Assembly: GCA_031178025.1 (NCBI GenBank)
Contig: JAPSJU010000001.1
Location: forward strand, 1-33,921
DNA: 33,921 nt
Reading direction: 5' to 3'
Source: Agromyces sp.
GTDB lineage: Bacteria > Actinomycetota > Actinomycetes > Actinomycetales > Microbacteriaceae
The notes under the pieces are model-generated. The model did not search any database and was not told the origin of the DNA. It was given only the letters and a program-made list of their open reading frames with translations. Position 1 is the stretch's first letter. Each line of letters begins with the position of its first letter. This document shows positions 25,879 to 33,921 of this stretch, in pieces. Both the position numbers and the translations under genes were made by a program.

Positions 25879-28230
25879 ATGCCCGATCTGCGGCTGCTCG
25901 CGCCCGCGCTGGCGGCATGGGTCACCGGATGGGCAGTCGTCGCGGCGCCCGAACTCGGCATCGCACCCCACGGCCTGGCCTGGATGATCTGGAGCCTCGG
26001 GGTCGCACTGCTCGCGGTGCTGCTGGTCTCGAGGCGAGCCATGGCCGGTCGTGGACTCCTGGTCGGGCTCGGTGCCACGGCCGTGGTCGCGCTGGCGGCA
26101 TCCGGCCTCGTCGCCTCGACCGCGTCGGTCGCGCTCGCGCAGCGCGAGGCCTCGCCGCTCGACGACGCGGCATCCGATGCGCGCGCAGTCCACGTCGTCG
26201 TCGACATCGTCGCGGCGCCTCGGACGATGACCGGCCCGAGCTGGGCGGAGGCGGGCGACCGTCCTCGGCTGCGACTGGACGGCCGGATCGTCTCGATCGG
26301 CGGCGAGCCCGCCTCGCCGGTCGTCGTCACGATGTCGCTCGCCGCGTCGACCGACGAGGTGTCGCTCGGCGCGCGCCTCGCCTTCGACGCGCGCGTGACG
26401 CCGCTGCCCGCGGCCGAGGAGGCCGGGTTCCGGCTCCGACCGGTCGGCGATGTCGAGCTCATCGACGGTCCACCCGGGTGGTTCGCATGGGCCGTCGGAC
26501 TCCGCTCCGGGTTCGCCGACGCCGCCGCATCCCTGAGTGGCGACGGTGCGGCCCTCGTCCCGGGACTCGCCATCGGCGACACGACGGCGGTGGGCGACGA
26601 ACTCGATGCGGCGATGAAGGCGAGCGCGCTGAGTCATCTCACGGCGGTCTCCGGCGCGAACTGCGCCATCGTGACCGCCGCGGCCTTCGCCGTGTCGTCG
26701 CTCTGCCGCCTGCCCCGCGGCTGGCGCGTCGTGGTCGCGCTTCTGGCCCTGCTCGGCTTCGTCGTCCTCGTCACGCCACAACCGAGCGTCGTGCGCGCGA
26801 GCGCGATGGCCGTCGTCGTGCTCCTCGCCATCGCGCTCGGGCGGCGGGGCGGCGGTGTGGCAGCCCTCAGCGTCGCCGTCATCGTGCTCGTCGCGTGGGA
26901 TCCGTGGCTCGCCCGCGACTACGGATTCGCGCTCTCCGCTGCGGCGACCGCCGGCCTGCTGCTCCTCGCCGTGCCGCTCGCCGGACGGATGGCGCGCGTC
27001 ATGCCGAGGTCCCTCGCCACGCTGCTCGCCGTGCCGCTGGCCGCGCAGCTCGCCTGCCAGCCGGTGCTGATCCTGCTCGACCCCGCCATCGCGGTCTACG
27101 GCGTGCCGGCGAACCTCCTCGCGGCGCCGGCGGCACCCGTCGCCACGGTCGTCGGCCTGGTCGGCTGCCTCGTGCTGCCGCTGCTGCCGGCGGTCGGGGC
27201 CGCGGTGCTGCAGCTCGCCTGGCTTCCGGCCTCGTGGATCGCACTCGTGGCGCATGGAGCGGCCTCGTTGCCCGGCGGCCGCGTGCCGTGGCTGCCGGAT
27301 GCCCTCGGCGCCCTGCTGCTCGCCGGGGTGACCGCGCTCGGCCTCTGGTTGCTTCTCTCCGCCCGCCGGAGCCCGCGCCTTCGGGCGACGGTCGGCGGAG
27401 TCCTCGTCGTCGCCGCCGCACTGCCACTCGGAGTGACCGTCGGCGCTCCGCTCGTCGGCGTGATGACGCGACCGGCGCGATGGGATGTGGCGGTGTGCGA
27501 CATCGGTCAGGGCGACGCCGTGCTGATCCGGTCGGCGGACGAGATGGCGCTCATCGACACGGGACCGGATCCCGTCGCACTCGAACGGTGCCTCTCGCTC
27601 CTCGGGATCGAGCGGATCGACCTCCTCGTGGTGACGCACTGGGACGCGGACCATGCGGGGGGAGCCGCCGCCGTCGTCGGCCGCGTCGACCTCGTCATCC
27701 ACGGGCCAGCGGACGGCGACCGATCGCGTCGGGTGGTCGATCCGCTCATCCGCGCCGGTGCGGAGGCGGTCGAGGTGGTCTTCGGCGATCGCGGCTCGCT
27801 CGGGGAGGCGCGCTGGCGCGTGCTGTGGCCGAAACCCGGCGCCGTACCGGGCAACGATGCGAGCGTGGTGCTCGACCTCGACGCCCCCGGATACACGGGC
27901 GTGTTCCTCGGCGATCTCGGCGAGCAGGCCCAGGCGCGCATGCTGCGGACGGCCGCGCTCGGACCCGTCGACCTCGTCAAGGTCGCGCACCACGGCTCCG
28001 CCGACCAGAGCGAGGCGCTCTACCGTGAACTCGGTGCGGCGGTGGGACTCATCGGCGTCGGATCCGAGAACGGCTACGGGCATCCGACCGACCGCGTGCT
28101 GGAGATCCTGACCGGTACCGGCACGGCTGCCGTTCGCACGGATCTCGCCGGCACGTCGGTGCTCACCGCGACCGGCGAAGGTTTCGAGCTGTGGTCCGAG
28201 CGAGCCGGCGGCGTCGGTGCCCGCCCGTAG
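25879..28230 (+). CDS. comEC: DNA uptake channel ComEC/Rec2 with C-terminal metallo-beta-lactamase domain
   Basis: LSHLTAVSGAN, PQPSVVRA, DYGFALS, CDIGQGDA, IDTGP, THWDADH, NDASVV, KVAHHGS, NGYGHP. Confidence 0.93.
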   Translation: MPDLRLLAPALAAWVTGWAVVAAPELGIAPHGLAWMIWSLGVALLAVLLVSRRAMAGRGLLVGLGATAVVALAASGLVASTASVALAQREASPLDDAASDARAVHVVVDIVAAPRTMTGPSWAEAGDRPRLRLDGRIVSIGGEPASPVVVTMSLAASTDEVSLGARLAFDARVTPLPAAEEAGFRLRPVGDVELIDGPPGWFAWAVGLRSGFADAAASLSGDGAALVPGLAIGDTTAVGDELDAAMKASALSHLTAVSGANCAIVTAAAFAVSSLCRLPRGWRVVVALLALLGFVVLVTPQPSVVRASAMAVVVLLAIALGRRGGGVAALSVAVIVLVAWDPWLARDYGFALSAAATAGLLLLAVPLAGRMARVMPRSLATLLAVPLAAQLACQPVLILLDPAIAVYGVPANLLAAPAAPVATVVGLVGCLVLPLLPAVGAAVLQLAWLPASWIALVAHGAASLPGGRVPWLPDALGALLLAGVTALGLWLLLSARRSPRLRATVGGVLVVAAALPLGVTVGAPLVGVMTRPARWDVAVCDIGQGDAVLIRSADEMALIDTGPDPVALERCLSLLGIERIDLLVVTHWDADHAGGAAAVVGRVDLVIHGPADGDRSRRVVDPLIRAGAEAVEVVFGDRGSLGEARWRVLWPKPGAVPGNDASVVLDLDAPGYTGVFLGDLGEQAQARMLRTAALGPVDLVKVAHHGSADQSEALYRELGAAVGLIGVGSENGYGHPTDRVLEILTGTGTAAVRTDLAGTSVLTATGEGFELWSERAGGVGARP

Positions 28231-28254
28231 ACTTGAGCGGAATCGGGAGGTGCG

Positions 28255-29283
28255 GTGGCACGATCAGGCGCGTCGACGCGGGCGAAGTCGGCGGCGATCC
28301 CGCAGGTGTCGTGGAACGAGGTGCGCCCGGCCCCCGTCGTCCTGATCTCCGGCCCCGAGCACGTGCTCGCCGAGCGCGCGAGCGGGCTGCTCCGCGAATT
28401 CCTCCGCTCCGAGGATCCCGCACTCGAGGTGAGCGATCTCGAGGCCGACGGGTACCGCCGAGGCGAGCTGCTGACGCTCGCGAGTCCGTCGCTCTTCGGC
28501 GAGCCGAGGCTCATCCGCGTCAACGCCGTCGAGCGCTCGAGCGACGATTTCCTCATCGACGCGCTCGCCTACCTCGAGCAGCCCGCCGAATCGACGACCC
28601 TCGTGCTCCGCCACGCCGGGGGAGTCCGCGGCAAGAAGCTGCTCGACGCGATCCGCGCGGGCAACGGCGGCGGCGTCGAGATCGTGTGCGCCGAGCTGAA
28701 GAAGGACGTCGAGAAGCAGGACTTCGCCGCCGCCGAGTTCCGCGCCGCCGACCGCCGGATCGACGCGCGCGCGCTCCGCTCCCTCGTCGCGGCGTTCTCG
28801 GACGATCTCGCTGAGCTCTCCGCCGCCTGTCGCCAGCTCATCGCCGACGCCCCGGGCGACATCACCGAGGCGGTCGTCGCGAAGTACTACGCCGGCCGGG
28901 TCGAGACGAACGCATTCGTGGTGGCCGACGCCGCGATCGCAGGCCGGCACGGCGAGGCGCTCATCGCGCTGCGCCATGCCCTCGACAGCGGCGCCGACCC
29001 GGTGCCCATCGTCGCCGCCTTCGCGATGAAGGTCCGGACGATGGCGAAGGTGTCCGGGGTGCGGGGCGGCGGCCCGCAGGTGGCGTCGTCCCTCGGACTC
29101 GCGCCCTGGCAGGTCGATCGCGCTCGGCGCGACCTCGCCGGGTGGAGTGATGAGGGGCTGCAGCGGGTGATCCTCTCCCTCGCCGCCGCGGATGCGGCGG
29201 TGAAGGGTGCCGAACGCGACCCGGTGTTCGCCCTCGAGCGCCTCATCGGCATCATCGCGGCGCGAGGGCGCGACCTGGTCTGA
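28255..29283 (+). CDS. holA: DNA polymerase III delta subunit
   Basis: LASPSLFGEPRLIRV, RGKKLLDA, LGLAPWQVDRARR, ADAAVKG. RBS GGAGGT at 28246-28251; standard comEC-holA-rpsT context. Confidence 0.93.
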   Translation: MARSGASTRAKSAAIPQVSWNEVRPAPVVLISGPEHVLAERASGLLREFLRSEDPALEVSDLEADGYRRGELLTLASPSLFGEPRLIRVNAVERSSDDFLIDALAYLEQPAESTTLVLRHAGGVRGKKLLDAIRAGNGGGVEIVCAELKKDVEKQDFAAAEFRAADRRIDARALRSLVAAFSDDLAELSAACRQLIADAPGDITEAVVAKYYAGRVETNAFVVADAAIAGRHGEALIALRHALDSGADPVPIVAAFAMKVRTMAKVSGVRGGGPQVASSLGLAPWQVDRARRDLAGWSDEGLQRVILSLAAADAAVKGAERDPVFALERLIGIIAARGRDLV

Positions 29284-29320
29284 CGCCTCGTGCTGTCGAC
29301 CGCCCATGTCGTGGAACGGC

Positions 29321-29351
29321 GAAGGCCCCCGCACATCGTGCGAGGGCCTTC
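29321..29351 (-). terminator. Intrinsic terminator-like hairpin between convergent holA and rpsT
   Basis: GAAGGCCC-C-CGCAC-ATC-GTGCG-A-GGGCCTTC. The C/A mismatch becomes a G.U pair on the minus (rpsT) strand, giving a 14-bp stem. Confidence 0.75.
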
Positions 29352-29369
29352 AGCGTGCGTGGGTTCGCG

Positions 29370-29630
29370 TCAGAGCGCGGCGACCTGCTTCGCGATCGCC
29401 GACTTGCGGTTCGCGGCCTGGTTCTTGTGGATCACGCCCTTCGAGGCGGCCTTGTCGAGCTTGCGGGTCGCGGCGCGGAGGGCGGTCGTCGCCTTCTCCT
29501 TGTCGCCCGAGGCGATGGCGTCGCGAGTCGCGCGGACGGCGCTCCTGACCTCGCTCTTGACGGCCTTGTTGCGCTCCTGCGCCTTCAGGTTGGTGCGGAT
29601 GCGCTTGATCTGCGACTTGATGTTTGCCAC
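29370..29630 (-). CDS. rpsT: 30S ribosomal protein S20
   Basis: [27 protein letters not shown]...[20 protein letters not shown]; GTG start at 29630, 86 aa. Confidence 0.97.
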   Translation of the reverse strand: MANIKSQIKRIRTNLKAQERNKAVKSEVRSAVRATRDAIASGDKEKATTALRAATRKLDKAASKGVIHKNQAANRKSAIAKQVAAL

Positions 29631-29744
29631 GTGGTTCGTCTTTCGTCTCTGCGGGTACCGGATGTGCCGACGCGGGTAGAGGGGCCCGGCCGGCGAATCG
29701 TGCGGGGTGGGACCCACACGGAAGCCAACAGACAACGATACCAG

Positions 29745-30524
29745 CTAGGTGCCGGTGGCACCAACGCGAGGAGGGCGTCGACGCCGGGCTGCCCGGTGCT
29801 CGAGTTCCGCCACGGCTCCCACGAGGACAGCGGTGAACGCATCGGGCCGGGAGAGGCTGACGAGGTGCGTCGCGCCCGGCACGACGATGAGCCGGCCGTC
29901 GCGCAGCGAACGGAGCATCCGCCGCTCGTCGATGCGGAAATGGTCGAAGCGACCGTTCACGAGCCAGACGGGAGCATCGACGCGGGCGAGCGAGGCTTCG
30001 GGATCGAGCTCGCCGACCGCCCTGAGCACCGGCGCCATGACGTCGAGCGCGACGCCGCCCGCGATCACGTCCTCGACGGCCGCGGCGGGCAGGAAGGCTC
30101 GCGCCATCAGGTCGTTGAGCGCGCGCCCGCGGTCGGGGAGCCGTCCGATCGCGGCGGCGAGCGCGCGATACCCGGCGAGCCCGACGCCGCGGGGCCGGGT
30201 GCCGCACGAGGCGGCGACGAGTCCGTCGAAGCGGCCGGGATGCCGGGCCGCGTACTCGATCGCGAGGTAGCCGCCGAGGCTCAACCCGACGAGGAGCACC
30301 GGTGGCCGCCGCTGCGGCTCGTCGCTTCCAACGGTCGGCATCCCGGCGTCGATGGCCGCCATCGCGGCCTCGATCGAGAAGTCCTCCGACATATGCCGGC
30401 CATGGCCGGGCAGGTCGATCGCGACCGCCTCGATGTCGAGTCGCTCGAGCGCCTCCAGTTGGCGCCGCCACATCGACGCGGACGTGCGCAGGCCGTGAAC
30501 GAGCACGATGCTCGCGCGCGTCAC
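29745..30524 (-). CDS. Alpha/beta-fold hydrolase
   Basis: 3' part of the 929-aa track ORF: IVLVHGLRTSASMW, AIDLPGHG, nucleophile elbow VGLSLGGY, NGRFDH, PGATHLVS. GTG 30524 follows GGAGGA. Confidence 0.85.
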   Translation of the reverse strand: MTRASIVLVHGLRTSASMWRRQLEALERLDIEAVAIDLPGHGRHMSEDFSIEAAMAAIDAGMPTVGSDEPQRRPPVLLVGLSLGGYLAIEYAARHPGRFDGLVAASCGTRPRGVGLAGYRALAAAIGRLPDRGRALNDLMARAFLPAAAVEDVIAGGVALDVMAPVLRAVGELDPEASLARVDAPVWLVNGRFDHFRIDERRMLRSLRDGRLIVVPGATHLVSLSRPDAFTAVLVGAVAELEHRAARRRRPPRVGATGT

Positions 30525-30613
30525 GACATCCTCCGTGCAGCTTCGGCCATGGTGATGCCAGCGTAGTCGGGGGTCCCGGCGGGCGGCATCCGTGAGACGA
30601 GGCGGGCAAGTCA

Positions 30614-30622
30614 TGGGAGAAT
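30614..30622 (+). promoter_or_regulatory. Putative extended -10 (TGG-GAGAAT), 7 nt before lepA ATG (leaderless)
   Basis: Sequence reads TGGGAGAAT-CGTCAGG-ATG. Confidence 0.5.
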
Positions 30623-30629
30623 CGTCAGG

Positions 30630-32486
<1,857 letters not shown>

Positions 32487-32496
32487 GGAGCGTCGG

Positions 32497-33144
32497 ATGA
32501 CTCGCCGAAGCACGTTCACCGACCAGTCGGTCACCTACGGGGCGATCGGGGCGACGCTCGATCCCGACCTGCTGCGCTACCCGCCGGCCGGATTCCGGCC
32601 CGCCGAGGATGCGGTGCGCATCGGCTCCGGGCGGGAGCGCTTCGATCGTGCCGCCGACGCGCTCATGACGTGGGGCATCCAGCGAGGAGCCGGGTTCACC
32701 GTCACGGACATCTCGGCGGGAACCGGCGCGCAGTATCCCGGCATCCTCTACGACGCCGACGGCGCTCCGCTCGCCCAGCAGCCCGGTGCGAAGGTGGAGG
32801 ACCGGTTCGGCCCCGATGGCACTCCCTACATCGCTGCGGGGATGACGGCGACGCTCGGTCGCAGGGGACGGTTCCGCAGCCGATCGATCCCGGTGCTCGT
32901 CGTCTACGTGATCGACGAGCCGAATCGCATCGGCTTCGCCTACGGCACGACCGGCGATGGAGTCGAGAGCGGCGAGGAGTCGTTCATCCTCGAGCATCGC
33001 GACGACGATACGGTGTGGCTCACCATTCGCTCGATGTACCACGGGCCGAGCGGGCTGGCCCGCCTCCTCGGAGGCGGACGCCGAGAGCGCCGAGAGCTCA
33101 CCAGGCTCCAGCTGCGAGCGCTGCATCCCGCGGGCGGCGCGTAG
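32497..33144 (+). CDS. DUF1990 (UPF0548) family protein
   Basis: VTYGAIGAT, PPAGFR, IGSGRERFDRA...TWG, VVYVIDEPNRIGFAYGT, ESGEESF. ATG 32497 follows AAGGAG. Confidence 0.8.
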   Translation: MTRRSTFTDQSVTYGAIGATLDPDLLRYPPAGFRPAEDAVRIGSGRERFDRAADALMTWGIQRGAGFTVTDISAGTGAQYPGILYDADGAPLAQQPGAKVEDRFGPDGTPYIAAGMTATLGRRGRFRSRSIPVLVVYVIDEPNRIGFAYGTTGDGVESGEESFILEHRDDDTVWLTIRSMYHGPSGLARLLGGGRRERRELTRLQLRALHPAGGA

Positions 33145-33146
33145 GA

Positions 33147-33921
33147 GTGGGATCCGCGCTGCCCCTCGGCGAACCCGCGCCGCTCGACGGCCGGTTGCCC
33201 GCCTCGGCGTCGGAGGGCGCGGCCGACCGCGCGTTCGGTGTCTACGTCCATGTGCCGTTCTGCCGGGTGCGCTGCGGGTACTGCGACTTCAACACGTACA
33301 CCTCCGACGAGCTCCGCGGCGCCCGCCGCTCCGACTACGCCGACCAGGCGGTCTCGGAGATCCGGATGTCGCGGCGCGTCCTCGAGTCGTCCGGGTTGCC
33401 CGCCCGGCCAGCCGCCACCGTCTTCTTCGGCGGGGGAACGCCGACGTTGCTCCCCGCGGGCGACCTCGTGCGGATGCTGGATGCGGTGCGCGAGGAGCAC
33501 GGCCTCGTCGCGGGGGCGGAGGTCACGACGGAGGCCAACCCGGACTCGGTCGGGCCCGACGACCTGCGCACGCTGGCGGCGGGAGGGTTCACGCGGATCT
33601 CCTTCGGGATGCAGTCCGCCGTGCCGCACGTGCTCGCGGCGCTCGACCGCACGCACGACCCGGAGCGGGTGCCGCACGTCGTGCGGTGGGCGCGTGAAGC
33701 CGGCCTCGACGTGAGCCTCGACCTCATCTACGGAACGCCGGGGGAGACGCTCGCCGACTGGCGCCGGAGCGTCGAGGCGGTGCTCGCGGAACGGCCCGAT
33801 CACGTGTCGGCGTACGCCCTCATCGTCGAGGAGGGCACCAAGCTCGCGCGGCAGATCCGGCGCGGCGAGCTGGCCGAGCCCTCCGACGACCTCGAGGCCG
33901 ACATGTACGAGCTCGCCGACG
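33147..33921 (+). CDS. hemW: Radical SAM heme chaperone HemW (HemN-like), 3' end outside window
   Basis: Not in the ORF track because it has no stop in the window. Manual translation from GTG 33147 gives MGSALPLGEPAP...GVYVHVPFCRVRCGYCDFNTY (CxxxCxxC), TVFFGGGTPT, EVTTEANP, RISFGMQS, SLDLIYGTPGET. Confidence 0.93.
   Translation, partial: MGSALPLGEPAPLDGRLPASASEGAADRAFGVYVHVPFCRVRCGYCDFNTYTSDELRGARRSDYADQAVSEIRMSRRVLESSGLPARPAATVFFGGGTPTLLPAGDLVRMLDAVREEHGLVAGAEVTTEANPDSVGPDDLRTLAAGGFTRISFGMQSAVPHVLAALDRTHDPERVPHVVRWAREAGLDVSLDLIYGTPGETLADWRRSVEAVLAERPDHVSAYALIVEEGTKLARQIRRGELAEPSDDLEADMYELAD

Larger units (their letters stand above)
961..30592. repeat. Dispersed 10-mer GCGGCATCCG / CGGATGCCGC (at least 13 exact copies)
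   Basis: + copies start at 961, 5625, 7469, 11688, 21238, 22089, 22402, 26095, 26167, 30583; reverse-complement copies start at 3509, 7074, 24000. Confidence 0.8.

Noticed and set aside
27634-27654. ComEC metallo-beta-lactamase motif THWDADH instead of HxHxDH, suggesting inactivation
   Set aside because: HxDxDH is a usual variant in ComEC-type MBL domains, so it is not evidence of decay.
24832-28083. Very long antisense or alternate-frame ORFs (1083 aa here; also 18808-21765, 8020-10491, 2076-4529, 1105-2847 and others)
   Set aside because: They are shadows of real genes in stop-poor high-GC DNA, with Arg/Ala/Gly-rich translations and no family motifs.

Overview
High-GC (about 70%+) actinobacterial chromosome segment; gene order and protein style suggest Microbacteriaceae (Agromyces/Leifsonia-like; inference). 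It is almost entirely core genome: 'lspA-rluD-dnaE-hisD-nrdR-pyrD (+); an App1-type phosphatase (-); a TetR regulator with a four-gene osmoprotectant-type ABC importer (+); dedA, a sensor-less M56/BlaR peptidase and a BlaI-family repressor (-) divergent from cydABDC; then pabB-like, leuS, comEA, comEC, holA (+), rpsT and an alpha/beta hydrolase (-), lepA, DUF1990 and hemW' (+). I saw no mobile element, CRISPR array, rRNA or tRNA. Three signals stand out. (1) The 10-mer GCGGCATCCG/CGGATGCCGC occurs at least 13 times, on both strands, in all three + strand reading frames and intergenically, which suggests a HIP1- or uptake-sequence-like genome signal. (2) Two tandem 17-bp palindromes (TTCTAC-N5-GTAGAA, 22 bp apart) lie between blaI and cydA, pointing to BlaI/BlaR control of cytochrome bd. 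(3) Many genes have TANNNT -10 boxes 6-10 nt before the start codon (leaderless or near-leaderless mRNAs), and two -10 boxes reuse the upstream gene's TAG stop. All calls are by eye, without database searches.
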